From: a virus
Virus record (IMG/VR): IMGVR_UViG_3300025617_000006
DNA: 64,000 nucleotides
Reading direction: 5' to 3' (one strand)
The position numbers and the translations under genes are program-made. This document shows, in pieces, positions 20,801 through 28,032 of this stretch (positions are counted from its first letter, which is position 1; every line of letters begins with the position of its first letter). The notes below the pieces were generated by a model. The model ran no database searches and was not told the origin of the DNA. It saw only the letters and a list, made by a program, of their open reading frames with translations.

Positions 20801-21572
20801 CTGTTGCTACGCTTAATGCTTGACTAATAGTTAAGTATGGATCTTGTGGATGTTCTCCTGAATGTGTATCGTCACCATTTTTAGCAACGTAAATTACATT
20901 GCCAGGAGTAAGAGTCAAGTCAAGATCGCCAATGACTAACCCTTGTGTTGTAATACTTGTTGCAGTTAGATCACTAAAGTAACCATGTGACCATTTTTTA
21001 TCTGCTGTACCTAACGTATAAGTGTCGGTTACATCAGGAATTAAGTCCGATGCAATGTCAGCATTAATAGTAACAGTGTCAGTATCATCGTCACCAATAG
21101 TAATGTCGCCGTCTGCTGAAATATTACCAGTAGCATGTAAGTTACCAGTAATGTTAGTGTCACCAATAAAGTTTACAGTACCGGTTCCGTTAGGTCTAAA
21201 TTCTAAATTTTGATTAGTTCCTAATGCACGTATAGTAGCATTATCAATTTCAATATCGTCAACAATTAATTTGTCTTGATAGATAACACTATCAGGTGTT
21301 GTAATTGTAAAGATTGGTTCTGATGTAGATATTGTATTAGTAGACCCGTTAAGAGTAAGATTACCAATTGGTAAAATTGTGTCTAAAATATCTAGTGAGT
21401 CAATTCTTGCTGTCCCGTTTACGTCTAGTGCGGTCGATGGCGTACTAGTTTTCACACCAATACGGCTATTGTTAACATCTAAGTATAGTAAATCCGTTTC
21501 AAACGCTAAATCCACCCCTTGACGAAGTAGGTTTGCCTTCAAAAGCGGACCCGAAATACGACCAACTGCCAC
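17850..21572 (-). CDS. Large fibre protein with beta-helix region and LamG/concanavalin-A-like lectin domain
   Basis: 1240 aa, GTG start with AGGAG RBS. LamG-like motifs TMEGWIY...WHHVAVSRSG...LYVNG...FNGHIDDVRIS; C-terminal RPxxPxVGMxRxNTD repeats. Confidence 0.75.
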   Translation of the reverse strand: MAVGRISGPLLKANLLRQGVDLAFETDLLYLDVNNSRIGVKTSTPSTALDVNGTARIDSLDILDTILPIGNLTLNGSTNTISTSEPIFTITTPDSVIYQDKLIVDDIEIDNATIRALGTNQNLEFRPNGTGTVNFIGDTNITGNLHATGNISADGDITIGDDDTDTVTINADIASDLIPDVTDTYTLGTADKKWSHGYFSDLTATSITTQGLVIGDLDLTLTPGNVIYVAKNGDDTHSGEHPQDPYLTISQALSVATDGDTIHIYPGEYEEEFPLTVPVGVTIVGESIRAVKVIPTAGTNNENAFVLNGQSSVMNLTVADFYYNSVNDTGWAFSFDSNFEVTSRSPYIKNVSVITKGSVTSASDPRGFDQGDAGRGAKIDGSQATVNSKEASMLFHSVTFITPGAIGLYATNGARVEWLNSFVYFADKAMLGENGATGLKGTGRTKIKVSGLVGTPTAGETFVYTDSNDVDINATVNEVDGNYIYLNNNVAGLETKYERGGKTFLANGNAQLDTTIKKYGTASLMLDGTGDSASTVSDEDFGFGTDELTMEGWIYANTGGFTGLRGIFDFRAGTDSDNGLYLYTNNGVTKVYYNGSELLTDTVSLAVETWHHVAVSRSGTTINLYVNGTRVDSDNAFSADLGVTKPLVVGARYDSTADNFNGHIDDVRISSTARYTLGSYVLPLGEVANDASTVLLLRFNGTDSSAVFTDEVVVLQSIGFGGGAYATGIELTDFTDFGCELRSIGSACVYGNYGIYGDGNGVVMYLISQNLAYIGNGKAVDNDPTTVIQSQEVTELNSANVYYSSVDHKGDFRVGNIFHVNQQDGTVNFTNANFNIDTLEEVRFSSGASTTIIDGDKIQTGDIKLSGNTVESLSGDLNIDSSNGIVNFEDDVNITGDLDVTGDVTIGGDITIGDEASDSIQIVAGIASNLVPSQDGTYTLGTVTNNWANLYAGEVQVDDININTNVIQTTNTNQDLELRASGTGSIVIDDLSFKTNVISSDETIILDPGSQRVDIDSTGSLTLPRGTTAERPGTPTVGMLRYNTDTDVFEGYDGNWIALNGVRDLDQDTYILAETTPGADDDTISFYANGTLVADVNTTRFNVNKLAVDDIEIEGNTVRTVTTNADLNLRANGTGRVLIENFGFNANSIQNTLDGAVTTLAQTGEGYFKIDGTGGFVIPVGDLLNRHPTPEVGMMRFNTDDDRVEIYDPSNTWVSVAGSSGAVSAQDAEEIAIKMAVTIG

Positions 21573-21694
21573 TTTATTCTCCTATAAACGGGGATCCTGT
21601 CCCTCTAACCAAATTTTCATCCCCGTAGGGCTCTTTGCCGGTTAACCACAGTAAGTCCTGCTACGGATTGGTCTTCCCTTTGTAGCATTAATAG
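21573..21694 (-). ncRNA. Candidate structured 5' leader (cis-regulatory RNA) of 17850..21572
   Basis: GC-rich non-coding stretch between an exact TATAAATA and the RBS. Stems UGCUAC/GUAGCA, CUGU/ACAG, UUAACCGG/UUGGUUAG, and a CCC-UACG-GGG UNCG tetraloop. Confidence 0.55.
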
Positions 21695-21702
21695 TATTTA
21701 TA
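21695..21702 (-). promoter_or_regulatory. T4-type late promoter TATAAATA
   Basis: Exact match to the T4 gp55 late promoter consensus, in an intergenic gap. Confidence 0.8.
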
Positions 21703-21714
21703 TGTTTTTAGATA

Positions 21715-24576
21715 TTACCCGAGGATAATGTTCCAAAGGAAGTTAACGTTTTCAGCAAACTCTTCAGTTACTGATTCACCGCCACCAGCGGCAAGTACCC
21801 ACTGGGTTCCGTTGTATGTTTCTAGGAAAAGTTTATCAGGTTCTGTGTTAAACCTTGTATGTCCTACTTCTGGATTTGTTGGTCTAGTTGAGTTATCACC
21901 ATATGGTACAACTAAGCCCTTTGTCTGATCAAACTTAAGAAAAGAATATATATCCGCTAGTTGAAATGTAAAAGGACTATCAAGTGTGTTAGTAATTGTA
22001 TTATCTTTAAATATGAGATCCTCTTGACCAATACTGCCTAATCCGTTAGATCTAAATTCAATATTAGCATCAAGTGTTGCACTTGAGATTGTATTACCGT
22101 CGATACTTAATGAATTTTGTGAATCAAATCTATTAGTTTCTAATATTAATCCTGTAAGAGTTGATGTACGCACTCCTCCAGTAACAAATCCAATTTGATT
22201 ATTACTTAGATCAAAGTATGTATCTCTGTCAGTATCGTACAACCCTGGAAAACTTACATTGCCTCCACTATAACCTTCAAAAATATTTAATTGTGTATTA
22301 TATCGTATATCACCAATATTGTCTTTACGCTGATTGCTTGTACCAACAGGCAATTTTAATCTTTCTGTTGCCGACATAGTAAGTATATCAGTGGGCTGTA
22401 TTGTTATATCAGAGGTATCATTTGAAATTACGCTATTTTTATATTTTAAATCGTCAAATTTTACATAACCAGTTGCATTTGCTCTCAATTCTAAGTTTTC
22501 GTTTGTATTATTAACTTGTATATAGTTTTCGTTAAATGTAAAACTATCAACAGTCATTTTACTTAGGTAAGAATTTTTCCATTTTTTGTATGACGTTCCT
22601 AAATCATATGTGTCTGTTTGATTAGGATACAAATCTTGATCAAACGGTGTATTAAAATCAACAGTATCTGTTGACTCATTGCCGATTGTTATTAAACTTC
22701 CGCCAAGTGTTAAGTTGCCGTTTAAACTTAACTTAGCCATTCGTGTATTTGTTAATAGGTTATGTACGTTTGACGGTGAAGCAAAGTTAATCGGGCCTGC
22801 AATTGACTTAATTGTATTAGGAGCAACAATGCGCAATGCTCCGGTTTCAATAGTTGTACCGTCAATGAACGTAGTTTCTTGATTCTTTGTTACACTTAAA
22901 CTAGAAAACCCAGAAGCACTAACTTGAGTAGCATCAATGCTAGTCGTACCATCAACTAGATTAACAAAGAAGTTATTACCAACTTTAAAATTACCTAACT
23001 GATCCTGTGATTGAAAGTACACATTACCATCATTTAATTCTACAACTTCGTTTTCTTCAATTCTGATAGTATTATCGTTTGTTACATCTTTGCCTACGCC
23101 AACATATGCAAAATTATGCGAAATAAGGTATCCTAAACATTCATCACCGTCTGCAACAATGCCGTAATTACCGTATACACTTGCAGAACCAATTGAACGA
23201 AGTTCTGCACCTTTAACTAAAGTACTGTCACTGCGCCAACGCCCTGCGCCATTTTGTAAATAAAACGATCGATTTGCAAAATATGTAAACGAATTTAGCC
23301 ATTCACACCTAACACCATTTTTAAGTATAACAGCATCTACTCCTGGAGTAATAAAAGTTACACTATGAAACAGTATACCTGCTTCATTTGTTTCATGATC
23401 GCAAACACTTCCGTCAAACAATCCGCCTTTACCTGCATCTGCCGAATCAAATCCTCTCGGATCACTTACGCTAGTTGCACTACCTTTTGTGATTACTGTT
23501 ACATTTTTAATATAAGGACTGCGACTAGTAACACGCATGTCTCCTGCAAAACGGAATGCATACCCTTTGTCATTAGTACCATCATAATAAAAGTCTTTAA
23601 TAGTAACATTTTCAACAGTTGATTCACCGTTTAGTAAAAAACAATCTTCGCTTTGATTATCAGTAGTAGGACGAATTCCTACATTACGAATATCTTGTCC
23701 TTTTACTGTAACACCTACTGGAACTACTAATGGAAATTCTTCTTCGTAATCTCCAGAGTTAATATAAACTGTGTCGCCGGATTGCGCTCGACTAAGAGCG
23801 TATTTAATAGTTCCTAACGGTCCTTGTGGACTTGTTCCTCGTCTATTATTATCACCGTTAACAGAAACATACCATATGTTACCTTGGGATAACGTAACTT
23901 CAATACCGTCGATGGTTACGTTTTCGGCACTAATAACATTATCAACTGCTATATTTGTTGAATTTAGATCAAATCTTTTTTCGCTTGTACCAATATCGTA
24001 TGTTGTAGTACTATCTGGTATTAAATCACCGTCAATGTCAGCGGCAAAACTTACATTATCTTCGTCACTGTCTCCGCCGATTAAAACATTGCCGTCAAAT
24101 GTAATATTTCCAGTAGCATGAACATTACCATCAACTTCAACAGTTTTGTTTGCTGTGATAATTTCATTTGTACCAACCCCGTTTGGAATAAAATTAATGT
24201 CGCCGTTTGTAACCCAAGAACCAACGTAGTTGTCATTTATTTCAATTGTAGCAGTTCTAATACCAGCAGTTGTTACATTATCGCCTGCATGGTTAATATT
24301 AATGTTGCCACTAAGTGTACTAATTCCGTTAGGCCCGAATGTTAAATTTCCTAATGTTAAGTCATTTCCAATTATAAGATCTCTTGGAGATTCGTTATTA
24401 TCAGTACGGGCTTTTAATACTCCGTTGATAGTTAAATCGCGAGGGCGTGTAACAGTGTTAACACCAATCTTACCATCGGAATGTCCGATATAAAGCAAGT
24501 CGGTTTCAACTGCTAAGTCTGTTTCACGTATTAAATTTTTGCTTAGTAGCGGTCCTGTAATTTTACCTAGAGACAT
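21715..24576 (-). CDS. Fibre protein, paralog of 17850..21572 lacking the LamG domain
   Basis: Collinear similarity: G(R/K)I(S/T)GPLL..NL.R, YEEEFPL.VPVGVT, VTSRSPYIKNV.VITKGS, LFHSVTFITPG, ELRSIGSA.VYGNYGI. Confidence 0.75.
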   Translation of the reverse strand: MSLGKITGPLLSKNLIRETDLAVETDLLYIGHSDGKIGVNTVTRPRDLTINGVLKARTDNNESPRDLIIGNDLTLGNLTFGPNGISTLSGNININHAGDNVTTAGIRTATIEINDNYVGSWVTNGDINFIPNGVGTNEIITANKTVEVDGNVHATGNITFDGNVLIGGDSDEDNVSFAADIDGDLIPDSTTTYDIGTSEKRFDLNSTNIAVDNVISAENVTIDGIEVTLSQGNIWYVSVNGDNNRRGTSPQGPLGTIKYALSRAQSGDTVYINSGDYEEEFPLVVPVGVTVKGQDIRNVGIRPTTDNQSEDCFLLNGESTVENVTIKDFYYDGTNDKGYAFRFAGDMRVTSRSPYIKNVTVITKGSATSVSDPRGFDSADAGKGGLFDGSVCDHETNEAGILFHSVTFITPGVDAVILKNGVRCEWLNSFTYFANRSFYLQNGAGRWRSDSTLVKGAELRSIGSASVYGNYGIVADGDECLGYLISHNFAYVGVGKDVTNDNTIRIEENEVVELNDGNVYFQSQDQLGNFKVGNNFFVNLVDGTTSIDATQVSASGFSSLSVTKNQETTFIDGTTIETGALRIVAPNTIKSIAGPINFASPSNVHNLLTNTRMAKLSLNGNLTLGGSLITIGNESTDTVDFNTPFDQDLYPNQTDTYDLGTSYKKWKNSYLSKMTVDSFTFNENYIQVNNTNENLELRANATGYVKFDDLKYKNSVISNDTSDITIQPTDILTMSATERLKLPVGTSNQRKDNIGDIRYNTQLNIFEGYSGGNVSFPGLYDTDRDTYFDLSNNQIGFVTGGVRTSTLTGLILETNRFDSQNSLSIDGNTISSATLDANIEFRSNGLGSIGQEDLIFKDNTITNTLDSPFTFQLADIYSFLKFDQTKGLVVPYGDNSTRPTNPEVGHTRFNTEPDKLFLETYNGTQWVLAAGGGESVTEEFAENVNFLWNIILG

Positions 24577-24606
24577 TGGTACCCTCCATGTAAGTATTTA
24601 TTGGAT

Positions 24607-25167
24607 TTACTTATCGAAGTTATGTAGGACTGTTACTTTTTTGCCGGATGGTACTTCTGAAAGGAATTTAATATAGTAACCATCTGCATACGGACTATTC
24701 GGACCTGCAAGGTTACCACTTGAACTTTGTTCTAATGTATAGTTTGTTGTACTAATTTGAAGAACGTTTTCAACTAGCACTAATACACTCTGTGCTGTTG
24801 CTGGTACTGGATAAGATGTGTCATTAGCATTAAGAGGACCGAATACTGTTTCAAAACCGTCGCCGGTTCCTAAATCTTGTTGGTAAATTGGAGTTGGTTC
24901 TTTAAGTCTAATTTCTTTCCAAACACCATTATCATAAAATTCAACACTATTAGTATCAGTATTAAATCTCATCATTCCAAGTTGAGGAGAAACTGGTCTT
25001 TGATTCAATGCTGAACCTGCAGGTTCTGTAGCATCTCCTGTTCCAAATGGAACTTGCATTGCACTATTTGAACGTAATTCAAAAACACCAGTACTGTGAT
25101 TATAAAACATACCAACACCGTGTGTAAATGTTCTTCTACTAGATGTTTGGGACTTTAAAAATTTCAT
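24607..25167 (-). CDS. Virion structural protein
   Basis: Contains the QRPVSPQLGMMRFNTD..VEFYDNGVW repeat shared with the two neighbouring fibre proteins. Confidence 0.6.
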   Translation of the reverse strand: MKFLKSQTSSRRTFTHGVGMFYNHSTGVFELRSNSAMQVPFGTGDATEPAGSALNQRPVSPQLGMMRFNTDTNSVEFYDNGVWKEIRLKEPTPIYQQDLGTGDGFETVFGPLNANDTSYPVPATAQSVLVLVENVLQISTTNYTLEQSSSGNLAGPNSPYADGYYIKFLSEVPSGKKVTVLHNFDK

Positions 25168-25517
25168 TACACTTCCAAATAACTTACTGTTGCAGACAAA
25201 TTATATGGTGCCGCACCGCCTTCAAGAATAATTCTATCACCACTGCCTAATACCATTTTTTCTGTATCAAACGTAAACGTATCTGCGCCTGCTACATTAA
25301 CAGCATTTGCAATTTTAGTTTGCGAACCTATTGTAATTGCACCGTTTGCAACGTCCGAAGGTACAAAATATAAATTAAATGTTGAATCGTTTGCACCAGT
25401 GTTATCTGCCGCGGCATGATTACACACAACTAAAGTTAATACTGCATACTGTTTATCATTTGGAACAGTTAAGATTGTTTGTGCGCTTCCGTCTATTAGT
25501 ATATTTGATATTGCCAT
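25167..25517 (-). CDS. Small beta-rich virion protein (probably leaderless)
   Basis: Paralog family with 3472..3789. TAAATA lies 5 nt before the ATG; TAATG overlap with the next gene. Confidence 0.6.
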   Translation of the reverse strand: MAISNILIDGSAQTILTVPNDKQYAVLTLVVCNHAAADNTGANDSTFNLYFVPSDVANGAITIGSQTKIANAVNVAGADTFTFDTEKMVLGSGDRIILEGGAAPYNLSATVSYLEV

Positions 25518-25531
25518 AATAATATTTATCC

Positions 25532-26518
25532 TTACAATAGATACCCATAAACAAGGGCTCTATTTTTACTTATCAATTCGTCGGTTGTGTTATTTGTATT
25601 TACAAAGTATAACCCAGTATTGCCGCCGCCTTCTGACTTTGCATACAACTTAATTCCGTCTGTAGGTGCTACAGGATCTAAAATTGGATCGTCAGTGCCT
25701 GGTGTTTCTGAAATTTGTAATACATCGTTAATTCTAACTGTTCCTGTACCTGGTGCATCTAAAATAACATCTGCATTACTAACTGTACCTGATATAGTTT
25801 GTCCAGAAATACGAAGATCGTTTAATTCAATTCTGTCTGGAAAGAATGTTGAAACAATTGAACTATCCATCATAAAGTCTACCCGACTTTCTAATGATCC
25901 GTCTATTGCATCAGCGACTTCAACAACAGTATTTCCATTATTAATTCTACTAATTTGTAAGTCTCGAAGTGTTCCGTCAATTACCGAATCAACATAGTAT
26001 TTGTGTACCAATGCCTCGTCATGACCGCCATCTTCTTGAATACTATTAAAATAATCTTCAGGACTACCAATTACAACAATTCTGTTTCCGTTAGTATCGA
26101 TATACAGTTGTCCGCCTGCAGAATCAATACTCGGTGCTCTAATGCCAATGTATCCGCCGTCGGTACGTTGGAATGTAAACGTTCCAAATACTTCAGTAGC
26201 CGGATCATTAGGGTTTACATGAGATAATGTCTCATCGAATAAAATCTGTGCATCACCGTCGGAAGCAACTCCTCTGTCAATTCTAATACCAGCAGTACCT
26301 TCACCAACTCCGGAGCCTGTTTCGCCCCTGTTTAATAGAATGATGTTATCTTCAATCTCTAGGTTAGTTGAATTTACAGTAACAGTTTCACCTTCAACAA
26401 AAAGGTCACCAGTAACTCGTACTTCGCCTTGTGCAGGACCAGTATCAAGTCTGATAGTTCCGTTAGGTTGAGTTTTTACTGTAAAGTCACCATTTGGTAC
26501 TGTTATAAATTTTGACAT
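25532..26518 (-). CDS. Virion structural/fibre-associated protein
   Basis: VTGDLFVEGETVTVNSTNLEIEDNIILLN.G....G.....AGI.IDRG is a motif typical of marine T4-like structural proteins. Confidence 0.6.
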   Translation of the reverse strand: MSKFITVPNGDFTVKTQPNGTIRLDTGPAQGEVRVTGDLFVEGETVTVNSTNLEIEDNIILLNRGETGSGVGEGTAGIRIDRGVASDGDAQILFDETLSHVNPNDPATEVFGTFTFQRTDGGYIGIRAPSIDSAGGQLYIDTNGNRIVVIGSPEDYFNSIQEDGGHDEALVHKYYVDSVIDGTLRDLQISRINNGNTVVEVADAIDGSLESRVDFMMDSSIVSTFFPDRIELNDLRISGQTISGTVSNADVILDAPGTGTVRINDVLQISETPGTDDPILDPVAPTDGIKLYAKSEGGGNTGLYFVNTNNTTDELISKNRALVYGYLL

Positions 26519-26530
26519 TTAAAATTCCTT

Positions 26531-26560
26531 AAAAGTGAGTAGGGGATTGCTCCCCTACTC
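26531..26560 (-). terminator. Hairpin, probable weak intrinsic terminator or mRNA stabiliser after 26572..27006
   Basis: GAGTAGGGGA-GCAA-TCCCCTACTC (10-bp stem, GNRA loop) followed by ACTTTT. Confidence 0.65.
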
Positions 26561-26571
26561 TATACTCTGTC

Positions 26572-27006
26572 TTAGTCTTCTGGATCGTCTGACTCAAAGT
26601 CATCTGCGTCTGGATCGCCGTCAACATTATCAATAGTATCGTCTTCACCTGCTTCTTCCATTTCAACTGCATCATCATCTGTTGCATCGCTGAAGTTCCA
26701 AGCAATTGACTCGCCTGTATCAAGTGTTACTTTGCGTCCTGCAATTTTTGTAACTTGCTTTGCATTACCTGCATCGTCTTTTACTGTAATTGTCATTTCG
26801 CCATCAGTATCAATGTCACCAGTTACTTTGTCTACTAAGAAACAATCTGCTGTAGTTGTGCCATCAGTTACACGAAACTTTTTAGATCCTAATTGCTTTA
26901 CAATCCATCCGTTTACTGATGCAGATCCGTCCCAAAATTGCACTTTAATTTCGTCGCCGCCTGCTGTTGGTGGTCCAAAAAATCTTTTGTTTAGTGGTCT
27001 TCCCAT
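26572..27006 (-). CDS. Hypothetical structural protein with acidic tail
   Basis: 144 aa (MGRPLNKRFFG...GWIVKQLGSKKFRVTD). Own late promoter, structured leader, AGGAG RBS and 3' hairpin. Confidence 0.7.
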   Translation of the reverse strand: MGRPLNKRFFGPPTAGGDEIKVQFWDGSASVNGWIVKQLGSKKFRVTDGTTTADCFLVDKVTGDIDTDGEMTITVKDDAGNAKQVTKIAGRKVTLDTGESIAWNFSDATDDDAVEMEEAGEDDTIDNVDGDPDADDFESDDPED

Positions 27007-27102
27007 TTGTTTTCTCCTATATAAAGTAGTCCTATCCGGGTTCTATCCGGTACGCTGTGGGTACAGCATAAGTCCGCCTTGCGGCACACTATTTGACATA
27101 TG
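27007..27102 (-). ncRNA. Candidate multi-hairpin 5' leader RNA of 26572..27006
   Basis: GCC-GCAA-GGC, AUGCUGU-ACCC-ACAGCGU and CCGG-AUAGAAC-CCGG hairpins closed by UAGU/ACUA, between TAAATA (27103-27108) and the RBS. Confidence 0.55.
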
Positions 27103-27105
27103 TAT

Positions 27106-27525
27106 TTATCTAATTGCAGTAATTGGTGAATTATTCTTTCTTACACTTAGATTTATAAAATCTCGTATAAAATCAAACTGTGTTGCTAACATACCAAACA
27201 GTTCGGCGTTAAGTCCTTGTTGCACAAGTGTATAAGAACTTTTTCCTATATCTGAATAGTATCTTACACTTATACCATATTCTGGAAATACACTTGTAAC
27301 AAACAAACAACAGTCGCCTAATTCTTTTGCTGTATAACGGTAAGGAGTCTTTAACTTAAGATATGACTGTGCGAATGTTTCTTCTGGAAGGAAGTTTGGT
27401 TTATCAAGTTTATCTGCAAGTAACATCACTATATAGGATTCTATATCTACAGGAAGTTCGTATCCTGTAGCAGACTGTGTTTCTTGAACAAGGTCATAAA
27501 AGACCGTTGTGTACTCGTCTCTCAT
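27106..27525 (-). CDS. Hypothetical protein (probably leaderless)
   Basis: 139-aa ORF that fills the gap; TAAATA 5 nt before the ATG. Confidence 0.65.
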   Translation of the reverse strand: MRDEYTTVFYDLVQETQSATGYELPVDIESYIVMLLADKLDKPNFLPEETFAQSYLKLKTPYRYTAKELGDCCLFVTSVFPEYGISVRYYSDIGKSSYTLVQQGLNAELFGMLATQFDFIRDFINLSVRKNNSPITAIR

Positions 27526-27542
27526 ATTAATATTTAGTTAAG

Positions 27543-27565
27543 AAAAAGCCCGCACAGTGGCGGGC
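27543..27565 (-). terminator. Intrinsic terminator downstream of pqqA
   Basis: GCCCGC-CACTGT-GCGGGC followed by TTTTTCT. Confidence 0.8.
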
Positions 27566-27630
27566 CTTTGTTTATTCACAATCTAATGTTTCTATTAGTT
27601 TGCTTATATCTATTTTTGGTTCTTCATCTA

Positions 27631-27702
27631 CTACTTGTTCATTACATACATCGTTACTTCGAATCCGAATCTCATCTCTGTTGCTGTCGGTGTTGTCCAC
27701 AT
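27631..27702 (-). CDS. pqqA: Coenzyme PQQ precursor peptide PqqA (23 aa; not in ORF track)
   Basis: Translates MWTTPTATEMRFGFEVTMYVMNK*. Has the W-x-x-P...R-x-G-F-E-V-T-x-Y PqqA signature with the E-x-x-x-Y residues that form PQQ. AAGGAG RBS at 27709-27714; tandem TAG TAG stop. Confidence 0.93.
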   Translation of the reverse strand: MWTTPTATEMRFGFEVTMYVMNK

Positions 27703-27745
27703 AGTGTACTCCTTAAATTAAGTTAATAAAATTGTACTGCAATAC

Positions 27746-27751
27746 TATTTA
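27746..27751 (-). promoter_or_regulatory. Late-type promoter TAAATA upstream of pqqA
   Basis: TTTAAATAGTATT, the same motif seen in the other intergenic gaps. Confidence 0.6.
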
Positions 27752-27805
27752 AACATATCTAGAAGCAAAAGTCATACGTATAATCATTAAAAGAAAGTAA
27801 AACTG

Positions 27806-27952
27806 TTACTTACCCTGGCCTTTATATTTTTTGTAACTACGTCTTTTGCTTTTATTCATCATACATTTAGAGTGTTTTCCTCCACCTATTGATGTTTTCT
27901 TTTTCGTAGTTTCGTGTGCTTCTATATTCGGGTTAAATTTAACACGAGCCAT
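27806..27952 (-). CDS. Small highly basic protein (48 aa; not in ORF track)
   Basis: MARVKFNPNIEAHETTKKKTSIGGGKHSKCMMNKSKRRSYKKYKGQGK*, with an AAAGG RBS. The KKTSIG...NK.KRRSYK.Y.GQG pattern is one I recognise from small aquatic-phage proteins. Confidence 0.75.
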   Translation of the reverse strand: MARVKFNPNIEAHETTKKKTSIGGGKHSKCMMNKSKRRSYKKYKGQGK

Positions 27953-27981
27953 AAAACCTTTCGGTTAGTTTTTTAGTCATT

Positions 27982-28012
27982 AAAAAAGGGCGAAACTAAG
28001 TTCCGCCCTTTA
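27982..28012 (-). terminator. Intrinsic terminator after the major capsid gene
   Basis: AAAGGGCGGAAC-TTA-GTTTCGCCCTTT followed by a T-tract, directly after the gp23 stop. Confidence 0.85.
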
Positions 28013-28032
28013 ATTTTTATGTTAACAATCCC

